Shown in pieces: positions 42,617 through 56,548 of a DNA stretch of 64,000 bases. Numbering within the stretch: position 1 is the first letter of the stretch; every line of letters begins with the position of its first letter. The stretch comes from Syncephalis fuscata S228 (taxonomy: Eukaryota; Fungi; Zoopagomycota). The translations under genes and the position numbers were made by a program. The stretch lies in NCBI GenBank assembly GCA_025786725.1, contig JAHLTZ010000016.1, positions 372,001-436,000 of the forward strand, given 5' to 3'. A model generated the notes under the pieces. The model worked only from the letters and a program-made list of their open reading frames with translations, was not told where the DNA came from and did not search any database.

Positions 42617-45600
42617 TTATGAATTAGACGTGGTTTCTGGCGACGTAGGATCCACATCTAGAAAGGGTACATGTGTTATGGTAACTGAGGGTGGGGTCAT
42701 GGCACTGTAAACTGAAGCCGAATCCGCTAGCGTGTGATCAGCCGTATGGATATGCTGACTGTTATTATCATTGATTGATAAACTAACAAAACTTGAAAAA
42801 AAGCTTTGGTTTCGAGTAAGTGAAGTTAGAGCAATTGATGATCCTTTTCCACTAATATCAGATCGAGCTACTGAATAAATACTAGATGCACCGCCCGTAA
42901 TAATACGTGGACGCACAAGTGTCTCGGCCCGACTATCAGATCGTTCATGACGTATTGTATCATGCCCACTCATCATACTCTCTGTATCAGCGGTCCAAGT
43001 AGCTTCACTTAGAATGGATGTGCTATCGGCCGTGGTCATCATCGTACGACGACGTGGATTACCCGACGTGGTGGATTTCGATACATGTGGCGCATCATGA
43101 TCACCATCTATCGTGGTAATATCCGGTGGTGTATTAACAAATACACGTATTTGACCGGCATAATCGCCACTAACAATAATGCACGCAGCAGCCAATGCTT
43201 GTTTGGAACTTGCATCCGATAATAGCTGTTTAGTACGCATAGGTGCAATCACCGCCGTAGTTACAACATTATCATGGGCTATTAATTGGCATATAGTTGT
43301 ATTAATCATGCTATTCATTGTTGTTATAAATTCAACTTACCATGAAATTGTTCATAAGGTGGATTGGGTTGCCGTCTTAGCCAGCGCCAATCTCCATTAC
43401 CCGGCGATGAATTGGACGAGTTATTAGTGCTGGTAGAGGATACTGATCGACTTGTAAGACTGCCATCCATAGCATCCCATACATAAATATTACGATCCTC
43501 GGATCCACAAATAACAAAGCGGCCATCGTCGCTATAACACATTAATTAGTGTATGGATCAAGAGTAAACAACGATCTATTTACCTAAAAGTGGCTCTAAT
43601 TTGGCTATTAACGTTGCGTAAACCTTTGAATCTTCTTTCTAATGACATATCACGTAGATTGTATAATCGAATACGTGAATCATTCGAAGTAATAAGCATC
43701 TAATTAACATAGTATTAATACTAATGATAATATATATATGTATATATGTATATATAGTAATTACCTTATCTTCACCCGCTGCTAATCCAGGCATGGCTTG
43801 AATGCCTGTAATTTTTTTACCACGTCCACTTTTACCACGAGATTTAACAAGTATTTGTGTATGATATTTAAGACCCGACTATAATAATGTTAATAAACAA
43901 TCTAGCTAACATTGTATAATCACTTACTGATACACGATAAAAAATACAATTGCCACTATAACTGCCAGCTGCACACATTCTACCATCAGCAGTGAATCCC
44001 ACCGCTGTACACACTTCTCCATTTGGAATTTCTTGCCAATATTTGGCTCTCTTTTCTGGAATACTCCATAGTCGCAATTTACTATCCATACAACCTGATA
44101 AAAAAAGTCGTTCATCCTATAAATTAATATTAGTTTAATTAATATAAATGAATATAAATAAATATAAATATTTACCTTGGGATGGAATACAACAGAAGTA
44201 ACAAAATCAGGATGTTTAAATGTGTATAAACATTCATCACGTGTTACATGCCATAATCTAATAACAAGTAAAAAGTAATAATATTAGATATTAACACAAT
44301 AACATATCAATTACTAATACTTACTTGACAGTTTTATCCATAGATGAGGAAAGTAAAAAGTTGTTCTATATAAATACAGATTCCTATTAATACTATTACC
44401 ATCACTTTTGTTGATACCTTACCTTAGACCATGCTAGTTCTAATACATCATTTTGATGACCTATCCATGTTCTCATAGGTCGTGAACAGAATATTTCTTT
44501 ACGAGCTGAAAAGTCAGATAGTACATGTCGTGGTCGGTGTCTATCTGTTTTATTTGTCTCGGCAGTGGCCAAACACCAAACACGTACAATGTGATCCTGT
44601 CCACTTGCTGCCAAATATCGACCACATCGACTAATTTGCAGTGCCCATACACCACGGCCTGATGTACTATTGGGTGTATTACTGACATCCAATTTGGATT
44701 CCACTGGATCTGTTTGTAATTCTTGCATTTTAACCAGTCTACGTAAATAGACATCCCGCTTATGACGGGCCCGGATCTATCAATAGACTATTAGCTATAA
44801 CTATTATACAACTATTATATTATAATGCTACCTTTATATAGGAAATAGATTTATCGGTGGATCGGCCATTATTCGCAGTGTTACTATGTGAAATAGAAGG
44901 TGATCTTGGAGATGATGACCCATCACTAGAGCCGGAATGCTTTGAGCGTAGTCCTCTCATACGGGCAAATAAAGATCGGTTTCTATATCCATTATATAAA
45001 TATTGCTATATATATTAATATATAATAGACACGCTTTAATTACCTTTTATGTATAGGCGCGGCATTTATTGGTGGCGTCTTTACTGTTTCTTTCTCTTCC
45101 ACTACCGGTGAAGTAGATCGACCCGATGAATTGATTAATCGAGGTGAAGCCAGTTCACTTGCCTCTTCAACTTGATCCAATCGCACTAGTTCGCCTGTAT
45201 CTAAATTACGAACTAGAATCGACGAAGATGCCACTTCGTCAGGAGTGGAGTGTTCACCCGATTCACTAGCTATAATGGATAAATTGGTAGATGACATGTT
45301 ATTACTCGTAAATCGTTCATCAACATATTCAGCTATCGTATTAAATATACATATTAATTACAACATTACTAATTAACTAACCACATACCTTGCCACATAG
45401 CAAGATTAATCGATTGCACATCTATACTACGTCTACCGATAGGTGGCGCCAACGTTTGAGCATCACACGACAATCGACTGTTATGTTGCCGTTTCATATC
45501 ACTGGTCAACTCGTCAATACTTAATGCAGATCGTGTCTTTGATCGATTGTTAGCCGACCCCTTGACATTGGATGATAAATCAGGCATAATAGACATTGTA

Positions 45601-46445
45601 GATTTGGCCGTCTGGAATGCATCATGGCCTTTACTTTTTATGCCTGAATGTGTACTAAGTATACTTTTACGATCAGCGTGGATGTCATCGTCATCGTCGT
45701 CACCAACTAAATGCCCAACTGCCCGGTCACCTGGCAATTCAATGCTACGTCTTCTACCTATAATATTCTCTTCAGCTGCCAAATCTAGAGCACACAGTGT
45801 CACTCCCCGTTGACTGCCACTAGGCTGTGATGGATTACTGGCCTCTGTCATACAAGTAGCCGCACGGGTCAATCGACGGGAACTAACCCGCTGCGCCGCA
45901 CTACGTCGTGGCAGTGTCGCGCCCGATGTCATCAATGTAGTGGCACTTGGCCCCGTCAAGCCCGCATATTGATTGGCCGGTGCTGTCTTTGCCCGAGGCA
46001 ATGTAGCAGGTGGCTGACGTGGAATAATCACCGTTGGCACTTCATCGCTTGAATCGTCGTTAGTAACACTCGTTATTGACAAGTCAGGTACATCAATGCT
46101 GTCCACATTCATGCTCGTCTCGTCACCTTCCGCGGTAGCAAACGTGACAATAGACGAGGAAGATGACACAGGTGGCAGTATAGTCTGCGTTGTTAGTAAA
46201 TTCACTGTTGGTAGCAACGCCGTTTCAGTTACGGGCGGCTTGAATGCGTCCGGCATTGTTTGTCGAGTACGACGTGCCTGTTTTATGGCTACGCGTTCAA
46301 GTACGCGATCGACATCCGATGACAGCGGTGTCTCGGAGAAGCGTACTGATTGTCGGTTACCATCTGGGTCATACATTGCATCGTGTGCATCAAAGAAGGC
46401 ATTGTTATCCGCCTCGGAATCACTAGTATCTGATGAATGACTCAT
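42617..46445 (-). CDS. WDR44 (Rab11-binding, rabphilin-11)-like WD40 protein, multi-exon
   Basis: VWALQISRCGRYLAASGQD, GHQNDVLELAWSK|NNFLLSSSMDKTV, FKHPDFVTSVVFHP..F.SGCMDSKLRLWSIPEK, GKKITGIQ, LITSNDSRIRLYNLRD, SQIRATF, ICGSEDRNIYVW. Confidence 0.85.
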
Positions 46446-47186
46446 AATGAACCTATTTGTTCATCGATTGTATTTTAGTTGTAGAAGAATGCGTGTATGC
46501 TTAATATGGCGTGGTACTTTGTAAATAAAAAAAGGGAAGCACCATCGGCAACTAGGTTAGGAATGCACGCGCAAATATTATCTCTTGGCACTAGTTGAGG
46601 CGACAAGTGCAGATGTCTGTACTAATCACTTTGTAAACGAGTTGAAGCGTACAAGAACAAATAAGCCAATAATATGGCGGCTATTTAATAAAGAATAAAA
46701 ACGCAGTGTTCAACGGTTCGTGATGTAGTATGAAAAATAGTAAGAGTATAGATGTGCATGCGGAGTTCAACGAAATATGAGTGTATTCGCCCTGGAGCCA
46801 CGTGACATAGAAGGCACAATAGTGTGAGCGATGGAGTTATGGTTAAAGCGATTTTAAATATAAGAAGCGCCGTACAAAAGAATGCGGGGAATATAGATCA
46901 ATGGCGGAGAACAAAGCGTAGCTATTTGGTATAGCAGATGGTAACTAGATAGTGCATTGTTTGATATTTGAAACAATAACAAAGGCACAAAGTTATTTGC
47001 TGAACAATGTAATCTATTATAAGACAAGACTGTTTGTAATAACAGAAGTAATAATAACGAGGTCACCTTTGCTATTATTACTATGAGAATAAAGAGTAAT
47101 TTAGTACATTGGATTGTATAACACACACGGTTACACCAATAGACGGTATATCAAAAACAATCGTTTATTTTAAGAGTAAGATATAA

Positions 47187-48584
47187 TTAGGATGGCATAC
47201 TACACCCACCGGTAAATGGGCAGGGATATCGAGAATATATGATAAGTAGAGGTGTACGGCGCATTGCATAGCCAATGTTGAAAAGAATGCCGTAGAACGT
47301 GACGAGTACAGAGAATCCCGTGGTGGTCACGGGAATCACATACCGTATGATACTGAACAGTATGACCAATACAGTAATGAATAGTTGGTATTTTTGTGTA
47401 TGTAACAGCTGGCCGAGTCTTTCAAATGGATCGTCATTATCTGTAGCGGCGCCTCTTTGTGGCAATGCAGAGAGCAGTGAATAGGGTAGAGGCATTGTAT
47501 GACTTGTTCTAGCTGATCCACCCTCCTTATGTCTAACTCTCTCACTATCACTATTCGCGTTATTGGCTTCTTGTGGCGAATAGTAGCCGTATTTATCAAT
47601 TTCAAATTCTATGGTAAATAGGCGATCTTTAGGTGGAGGGGCCAAGTGGGATCTAGATCCCTTTGGTTCATGATGACCATCGGCACCTGATAACTGTGAC
47701 TCTGGTGCTTCATGGCGAGAACAATCAACTGAGGGGCGTAATAGTAGCCGAAGTGAATGAATAGCAATAGAATAGGCGACTATATCAACGCTTAAATACA
47801 CTAAAGCCGCATAATGAACAAAGTGTTCAAGTGGGACTGACGACCATAAAGGCCAGCAGGTACGTTGGCCTACAATCAGCCATATAAATACTGTATAAAT
47901 ACTTAACAAGGCTATTAATACAATAAACACAGCCTGTAACCGTGGGTGACGATGTCGTTTTACAATAGACTCTTCAGCCGATGCAGAAGAAGAAGAAGCG
48001 AATTTAGTGATCATCGTTGGATAGCCATGTCCATACGGTGACCGTGGATGTTGTTGAGCATGAATATGAGCAGTAGCAGGTTCAGTGTGAAGTAAATAAT
48101 CGTTAATATAAAGTGATACACGAATAAGTTTTTGTGTGTGCCATAATGATAATGCAGTCATCAAACACTGAAATGTAAATTGTAATGCTTGGCCTACACT
48201 GCCACCACATCCCTTATAATTTTCGAGACTAGCTAGTAGCGATAGATCAGCAAGTGGATAATAATCAACAGCTAGACAAACTAGCGATGCTATTTGTATA
48301 ACAGTCGTTATTTGATAGATAACTCTATACACTTGACTAGTAAACCGAACAGTAGACACCGGTTTGTTACAAAACGTCCATGTCCACAAATAGAGCTCGA
48401 ACAACAAGAATAGGATAATTAACGGTAAACATAATAGAATAGTAAAGTAAGTCATTATTAATCGTTCTTCCGTCCAATTAATAATAATAATATTATGTTG
48501 ATTAGTCAACCGTTTAAAAGAGATAACCAATGCGGTCAAAAGAAACAATAATACAGTAATGGCGGCGATAATAAACATGGGCAT
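47187..48584 (-). CDS. Uncharacterised multi-pass (about 7 TM) membrane protein, GPCR-like topology
   Basis: 465-aa uninterrupted ORF with several hydrophobic segments and two long hydrophilic loops; no family motif recognised. Confidence 0.6.
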   Translation of the reverse strand: MPMFIIAAITVLLFLLTALVISFKRLTNQHNIIIINWTEERLIMTYFTILLCLPLIILFLLFELYLWTWTFCNKPVSTVRFTSQVYRVIYQITTVIQIASLVCLAVDYYPLADLSLLASLENYKGCGGSVGQALQFTFQCLMTALSLWHTQKLIRVSLYINDYLLHTEPATAHIHAQQHPRSPYGHGYPTMITKFASSSSASAEESIVKRHRHPRLQAVFIVLIALLSIYTVFIWLIVGQRTCWPLWSSVPLEHFVHYAALVYLSVDIVAYSIAIHSLRLLLRPSVDCSRHEAPESQLSGADGHHEPKGSRSHLAPPPKDRLFTIEFEIDKYGYYSPQEANNANSDSERVRHKEGGSARTSHTMPLPYSLLSALPQRGAATDNDDPFERLGQLLHTQKYQLFITVLVILFSIIRYVIPVTTTGFSVLVTFYGILFNIGYAMRRTPLLIIYSRYPCPFTGGCSMPS

Positions 48585-48931
48585 TTAAAGAAAATGGACA
48601 GCACATGGTACTTTTAATGATGGTGCATGCGGCATGCTGAATAACAGGATGGAGCATGTGCATGATTTTTATGGATGTGTTCAAGTTTGCTGGTTTGGTT
48701 ACTACATACATTGTGTGTGTGTGTGTGTATATTTATTGTCTAGACACCTGATGTGTGGTGTTTTAAGGCAGTCAGGTTATTTCTACGTAGAATTAATATA
48801 GGCTTGAACAATTGCATATTTATGACGATTTGATATTATAAATGTAATTATTGTTTGGTTTTGATGTAATTAATTTGATTGATTTGATGGAGTTATTTGA
48901 CACTATTTTAATTAACTTTTTATTAATCTTT

Positions 48932-50847
48932 TTATTGAAATGAAGGTGGGACAGCACGAGCAATAGCTTCATAGGCTGCCATAGATTGAGTAGTAGTACG
49001 TCCGGTTAGATGATACCAAAAGGCCACCCAATGTGTATTACTTACTCGTAAATGGCCATTCGCTCGATCAAAATACCTATTTATTATTTATATATACACT
49101 TGTTAATAAACATGATTGTAATACCTGTCTAATTAGCTTACCATCCATTGACGCCATTATCATTACGACTGCGCCATGTTACTATGGGGTAGATACGCTG
49201 CATGCGGTGCCATACAATATCCGCTACACCAAGTCCTTGACTACGTGGACTTACGGCAAACTTATCTAGATAAGTCATCGTGGTGGGTAATGGCGCTGTT
49301 AGACCGGTGGGCTCTTCAGTCATAATGGCTGCTCCCTGGTAATCACCGGCTACGATCGTGCCCGTATGGTATTGGCCAAGTCGTTGCCAATATTTATCAG
49401 CGGCCAACTTTCTACCAAATGATTGTTCAAGTAATTCAAATAGTGCAGGTCGATCAAGATTATCCCGTGATGCATAAAATTGCAGCTTCATGCCTCGACG
49501 TAATACGGTATAATTGGCTCGTGCATCTTTAGGTTGATGGCCACTTGATAGATGGCTAAGTCCAAGCGCTGTGCTGGCATCCAAGGTAGGTGGCGATAAA
49601 TGGGTAGCAATGCGTGGCTTTAGCGCCTCCGGTAATGATGGGGACCATTCTGGCTTGTCGGTAATAGCATTGGATAGAATGGCCGATGAGCTTTGAATGG
49701 CCACGGCCAATGCTGATGCGGTACCTGGTAGATGGGCGAGTGTATGCTCGGCCAGCCATAAAGTACGATTATGTACTGCTTTATGAGGCCCTGTTAACGA
49801 TGCTCGTATGGATGCGGCCTCGTCCTCAATATTAATAAGTGCATGTCGTGGTAGCCCTCCACATTCGTTAATAAGTACAAGTTTATGAAGAGACAGCATG
49901 GCTGATTGGGTCCTTGATCCAGTATGGCTGCTTGACGTGCCACGGCAATTAGCGTGGCATCCGCCGTGATGGCCTGTCTTCGACCATCAGTAGAAGTGGC
50001 GCAAGGAGCCACTAAAGGAATTTGATTTAATGCAATGGCTGATTTAATTGGTGTAATATCGACTGCAAGCTGTTTTGCCTCGAGTGTTGCTTGAGTCGCT
50101 CTACTACAGAAATCTTCTATAGCAAGTGGACTTCCTGCCACTGTAAAGCACCGGCAAATATCGGTCGAGCACGGCCGCCCACATCATCTATCATCTCGGC
50201 AAAACTAGATGTCATTGATTGTATGCGTTCTCGCTGCTGATCACTCAATACTCGCTGTCCACTTTTAGTATCGAGGCCATCAATATCATCCATAACGACA
50301 ATAGGACAAATGCCTAATCGTTGTAGGCGTAGTAGAGCCCGTGCTATACCACGACATTCATCTTTATTAGAAACGACTGCGCCAGGCACCAGTACTAAGG
50401 CACTAACATTCGTCCTGCCACTTAGTAAACGCTCCACTGGATCTGGCTGACGAGTGGCGGTGACCAATTTGGGCACTGTTGGTTGATTTGACGGCTCTTC
50501 AAGTCGTCGAAGAAAGTGACGTGCCTCTCGTTTACTAGGCAAAGCGCTTAACACGCTATAGATAAGTTCCTAGCCAATAAACAGCTTATTTAATATGTAT
50601 TTAGTATTAATACTATATTTTGTAAATTTACCCGCTTTTCCAACACATCATCCTGGCGATTACGCGCCCGCACTCCATAACGCCGCTATAATACACATAA
50701 GCATAAGTAGTAGCAAGCAATAGTGGGCAATGCCGACATACATACACCGTTCACCCCTTGGCAAATACCACCGAGACAGTATCGAGTCGGTGGTGTCAGA
50801 TGGTAGAGCAACACTGGACGTATCAATCGTGTAAAAGATGCTGGCAT
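48932..50847 (-). CDS. ARG2: Mitochondrial N-acetylglutamate synthase (amino-acid acetyltransferase; AAK + NAT/DUF619); two apparent frameshifts
   Basis: ELIYSVLSALPSKREARHFL; KLVLINECGGLP..INIEDE; LSNAITDKP.WSPSLP; TVLRRG; IVAGDYQGAAI; YLDKFAVSPRSQGLGVADIVW; WRSRNDNGVNGW|YFDRANG. Confidence 0.88.
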
Positions 50848-51050
50848 TAGAGAAAAGAACTATAAATTTAATTGACACTGATCAAATCATAAATTAAATC
50901 GCCTAGTAACAACAACGCATTGTTTTTATTACGTCTTTGATTTTTCCTTCTCGTTGTCGCTGTCTCTTCCCTTACTCTTGGCTTCTTTCGTGTATCCAAC
51001 TCATCCATTTACGCTGTTAACTACTTAAAGCACTGCTTATCAACGCTGCC

Positions 51051-51812
51051 ATGGCCGTCCTACATATCGGTAAGTTGATGGATGCGGCCTTACTACTCTA
51101 TTATTAGTATTATTTAGAAACTTGCACTAACACCGTTACTATATGCTATAACTATAGTATTGCTCAAGTTCAAGCCAGAGGCCACAACCTCGGAACGTCA
51201 TGACATTCTACAGGATATCAATACACTATCAGCCATTCCTTGTGTGCGTGGCATCCAATTTGGTGAAAACTTCACTCAACGTAGTCAAGGCTACACGCAC
51301 GGTAAGTAAGCGGTTACCATGCCGCTATGCATGCATTCTTGTATATTCATACGTTGTGTATGCAAACGTATACATATGCTTTTCTTATAATATGGCACGT
51401 GTGTGGTCATACGATCATATTGTGAAGCGCAATTGTATGACTAATTGATGGGAACTAATGACGTTTATTGAATCGCCGACAATACATCTGACAATACATC
51501 TGACAATACTAACGATGACACTGATAGCTTTGGTAGTCCAATTGGAACAAAAAGAGGTAACACGTCATTTTGTGCTACAATAATATCGAGCATATACTTA
51601 CTATATTTAGGATGTTATGGCATATGCTGTCCACCCACTCCATCAAGCATTTGTGGCCAGATTAAGCCCATTGACCGAGTGTAAGTGATTGAATAGAATA
51701 ATAATAATAATAATAATAACACTAAATACTTACGCCGCTATCATTATTGATCATAGCATTACTCGCTGTAGATTTCGAAAATGAATCGGCTGCACCGGCT
51801 GCTTCCATTTAA
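51051..51812 (+). CDS. Stress-responsive A/B barrel (Dabb) domain protein, 5 exons
   Basis: Spliced MAVLHI|VLLKFKPEA..GENFTQRSQGYTH|ALVVQLEQKE|DVMAYAVHPLHQAFV..|SLLAVDFE..*. Confidence 0.85.
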
Positions 51813-51911
51813 AAAATAAAACTTGATCCAATTCTACACACTTCAGATGAAACATTATGCTAAAACGTTTATTTAATATCTTGTGTAAAAATATTTGTGT
51901 TTGCTTCGTAT

Positions 51912-54900
51912 TTATTTGGCAGAGGCATAGGTTAGGAACCAGCCAGCCAATGTGGCAAATCCAATAGTCTCCGCTTCCATGCCATCAAGAGCGTGTCCAT
52001 TATTAGAATACATATGGCATCTGTTATAAATGTTATTATGCAATAAATGAATAATAATTGACTACTTACTGAATAACGCCTTTGCCAAGACCACGCACAG
52101 CATGTACCCAACCAAGCCCTTCGCTGTGTGGGACGCGTTGATCATTATCACCAAGCATCATTAATGTTGGAGTAATCACTTTTGCAACGTTACTAATAGG
52201 TGACATCGAAAAGGCTTGTTCATATTGCTTGGGTGTCATTACCGGTGGACGGTTAAAGTCATAGGCTGCACCCATTTCTGAGAAGCACCTATAATAAAGG
52301 CGGATGGTAATTAGAGTAGCTATATAAGTGATTAACAAAAAGACTAACCAATCAGGAATATCGGTACTAAATGACATAGCACCAACATTAATGGCTGGAT
52401 TACGCATAACACAAGCCTGATAAAAATCCTATAAATTTGTCTTAGTATTAATTAGTATTATATAGATAAACTGTTACTTACTGGATATTGGCCAATAAGA
52501 TGAGCCGAGGTAAATCCACCATGTGAACCTCCCATTACAGATACACGCTTAGTATCATATCTTCCAGTCTCTAGTAGTTTTTCTGCCATATACTATATAT
52601 ATATATACACACAATTAGATATAACATTATATATCTTGGATAGTAATAATAAATTACCTGAGTATCCTCAATTTCAATGCTGCCTATTTTGCCAATTAAT
52701 GAATGAATTGATTTATTACCATAGCCAGTAGATCCACGATAATTAACTAAAGTAAAATAGATTAATTATGACAGTATGCAATAGATATAAAACTACTTAC
52801 CCATAGCTACCGAGAATCCAAGAGAGGCAAGAGCCACGGTCATGGCAGAGAAATTTGTTGTATTGACCCCATGTGGCCCACCTGTTATAAACAGTTTAAT
52901 ACATAATAGTTAATTAACTAATTTGTTAGTTACTAATTATTTACCGTGTGGGAACATAATAAGAGGCGGTTTATCACCACGAGCCACGGTCTTTGACTGT
53001 TCAATGTGATCAGCTGGCTCCACGAGAATAACATCAATGCCATAATAGCGTTCAGGGAAAGCAACACTGCTGTATTTAATAGTTTTTAAATATTTTGCCG
53101 CTTTTCATTATGTTATCAGAAATGTGCATTAATCATTTAAGCTGTTATTTACCATCTTCAGAATGTGGTCGATGAATTTTGGTCCAATCCATTGCAGGTT
53201 GATCCTTGACTGTAAAAGTGCCCACATACTAATTATTATTAATTTAATTCATCATCTGCTTATTAATTTTACAAATACTTACTAAATCATTTACTTTAAC
53301 TGGCGATGAGCTAACGGCCAGTATTTTGTCGTTAATAGCACCGAGAACTGACCAAGAAGTCAATAGATCTAGAACTAATTAGATCGACATTTATTTATTT
53401 AATACCACAGCTTACTATTGGTCAACCGTGTTACATGGCCTGTGCCATAATGAATGGCAATAATAGCCTAGTTTATAATATTAATCAATAATTACGAATA
53501 ACTAATTGAATTAAAGCGCTAATTACCGTTTGATACCGCCAGGTTGTGGCTGTAATAAGATAGTCTTCGTTTGATTGACGTATCCAGCACTTGGACGGCA
53601 GACTTAACATGTACAATCCAGTGAATTCGCTATTATGTGGCTCTTCAACTGCATCAACCCAAACAGTTGTCTCGCTTGATGTCAAATGATACTAATTACC
53701 TATGTTAACATTGTATACATTTATAGCTACTACTACACTTTTACCTTCATAAGACGGGAACAGGCAGCATGAGGCCCGGCCAATGGATGTTCCAGGTATA
53801 TCTACTAATGTGTTATTGCTTTGATATCTATAGATTAATGATACACGTACAACTGAATGGCCATCAGGAGATAGACGTGGCGATCGAACGGTAGCTTTAT
53901 CCGAGCTAACAGCCTCTGTACTAATATTTAATAAATATATTTTATTATCTAAATCACTTACCCAATTCACTTCCATCTAGACGGCACCGGAAAATACGAG
54001 CACTAATCAAATTAGAGTACAAGTATACAGAATGTACAATAAATACTTACGGGCGATTTAGACAGGCATACATACCAAATTTACGGGGATAGGCTATATA
54101 ACCTGTAAAGTATATCCATTGGCCATCTTGTGTAAATAAAGGCTGGATAACCAATGTAACTAAAGCGTTAATTAAATAAAACCATCTTACCTGGCCCGGA
54201 CCGATATCATTACGATTAATATCAATGATGGAGACAACATCAGTATTTAAATCCACTAATACTAAACAAGACTGGATTCTTTTGTCAAATTTCTCTCCCC
54301 ACGTTTGTTGATATTCAAATTTCTAGTCTACTAGTTAACAATGATTCAAATATCTACAATTCATTAATACATACCTTTCTATCATCAGTAGTAGCTTTCT
54401 TCTCAGCAATATACATAAGCTTTGAGGAGTCAGCCGACCATTCCAATGAACCGAATGTATCAACTAATTATACGTTATTAATTGAAGCAACTGGTAGATT
54501 TTGGTTTAGCTATTTACCATCATTGTAAAAATCATCGTGCTGTTCTGTAACTTCAATATTTTTAACCAATTGACCCGATTGCCATACCTAACAGTTATGT
54601 TAATTGTTGTCCATTAATACATTAGCTATAGCTGTATTTGATTACTTCAATAAATCGACGAGTTTTTTCCTCCTTATCCTTTGAACTACGTAAAATCGCA
54701 ATACGTTTTGTTTTGCTACATTTATTTTGTTGCGCAATTTCCGTACTTTCAATCGGTACAGTCTCTGAAAGTACTCTTATTGAACCACTTTGCTCTTCTT
54801 GCACTGCAATATTCATAGAAATACTACGTTTAATATTGCGTTTCAAGTCACGCTGTGAAAGCACCAATTGAACGTCTAAACTGCTGATAAGCTGATGCAG

Positions 54901-55063
54901 TTATATAATGATATGGCCTACCTAATATGTCGTCAGCAAGACCTGGTTGAATAGCGCCACTCTTGTAGGTTGCGACATTGGCCAGTGCAGCATAATGACC
55001 TTGGACTGCCTTAAGCCATTCCGGCGTCTCCTGCTGGGCGTATTCTTTTTGGTTAGATGACAT
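51912..55063 (-). CDS. APEH: Acylamino-acid-releasing enzyme (S9C prolyl oligopeptidase family), many exons
   Basis: PLIMFPH|GGPHG, NYRGSTGYG, VMGGSHGGF (catalytic Ser), MRNPAIN..STDIPDW, MSPI..V.TPTLMMLGDNDQRVP, NGHAL; N-terminal propeller TWGEKF, RKFGMYACLNRP. Confidence 0.9.
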
Positions 55064-55519
55064 ACTACAAAGTAATAATGAAGAGAACCGGCAAATGTTA
55101 AGGCAAAATAGAACAAAAGTATTGAATATCGCTATAGTTGCCCCAACGAACTCTCATTTATTCTATGGATATGACGTAGTCTGAACCTGGCATTGCCATT
55201 ATTGGTCCTACCATTAATTAAAACTGTACATTAAACAATTTACTAGTCATTTAATGTGATTTGTTTGTTAATTAACTACATTTAATAGCATTCGGATTCG
55301 GATTTATTAGCTTGGGTGAGACAACGGCCCATAGGACCTAACCGCGTATTTGCAGTATTTGCCTGCCATCCCTACTACATTTAATAGCATTCAATCTATT
55401 AAACATGAAACTATGGGTAATTGACATCAGGTCCAAAATACTCATCATCGTAGATTTATTATCCAGTATATATATCGTTCTTATACTATTCCATACTACT
55501 GTATATCATTCTATAATAT

Positions 55520-55725
55520 ATCAGACACATTTTATTGTTTATATGCGGCAATATACTTCACCCATTTCACTTATTATGTTATATGCACTATAATTTGAAC
55601 ATTGCTAATCTCGCTTGATACTGCGTATTCATTATAATGTTTATCATTTTATTATATATTGGCTATACGCTGTCTATAGTTGTTGTCGGTATGGCTCCAA
55701 CTATTTTATTAATAAACATTGACAT
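55520..55725 (+). repeat. Diverged partial member of repeat family A
   Basis: Matches 25970-26170 and 26220-26330 by eye (ATTGTTTATATG..CAATATACTTCAC; ATACTGC.TATTCATTATA..GT.TATCATTTTATTAT; TTATTAATAAA). Confidence 0.6.
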
Positions 55726-55809
55726 ATTGCACTTAGTTTGTTTCCTGAGTTATATTGGTATAACAAATAATATAAATATGAACAGAGTTATGTTTTATTA
55801 AGATTATAT

Positions 55810-55955
55810 TAATAAATTTGATTTAAATAAATAATGTAACATACTATTTGATTTCTTTAAGACATTTAAGACTGATTGTTATTGTTGTTGGTCATGTTTA
55901 GAAAGATCGATAGAATATTAATAAAAGCCATTGATCGCAATTCCATGTCGTTCCG
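55810..55955 (+). repeat. Dispersed repeat family B, copy 2
   Basis: Diverged match to 5260-5410. Confidence 0.75.
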
Positions 55956-56548
55956 CTGTTGTTATTGCTGTTACTACAACAATGTGGTTTCTTACGTCTA
56001 AATGATCTTTTTTATTTTTTTATTTTCTAATATTGTATTATGGCAGATTTAAGATATAAAATACTCGTCTATGGTGACAAAAAGGTAGGACGACTAGCAT
56101 TTCCGATGTTCATCATTGTCTTGAGCATTCTTGGTATTAACTTGTAGACGCAGATGCTTTGCCGACCATTGATGAAGCAAATCTGCCTCCACCATATGCA
56201 ACAATGATAGGTTGAGTGTCTTCACCAGAAAGATCTTGGGGCGACAGTTGTAACCAGAAGATACGACATGCCGTTGAGGTTACTTGAAGAGATGTTAGTG
56301 TAAAATAAGAGAAGTAAAAACTAGGGATTGAATACTGCTCTTGTAAATATTTATTCGTACAAACAACTATAATTATAAATTATAGCGACAATAATAAGCT
56401 ATTTAATTACTAAACTTATTTATTCAATTTTATTTACATCTCTCTGTTTTTTGTGCGTTATTTCGGTTTAACGTTGCTGCTGTTCTGATCGCATTAGCAA
56501 CAGCCAACTTTTTGGTAAAAACAGTCCAGCTTAGCATAGCTATAATAA

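Noticed and set aside
51302-51527. Possible intronic snoRNA in the unusually long Dabb intron (also the ~400-nt first intron of the Rab5 gene)
   Set aside because: Some self-complementarity, but no convincing C/D or H/ACA box arrangement by eye; needs an Infernal/Rfam scan.
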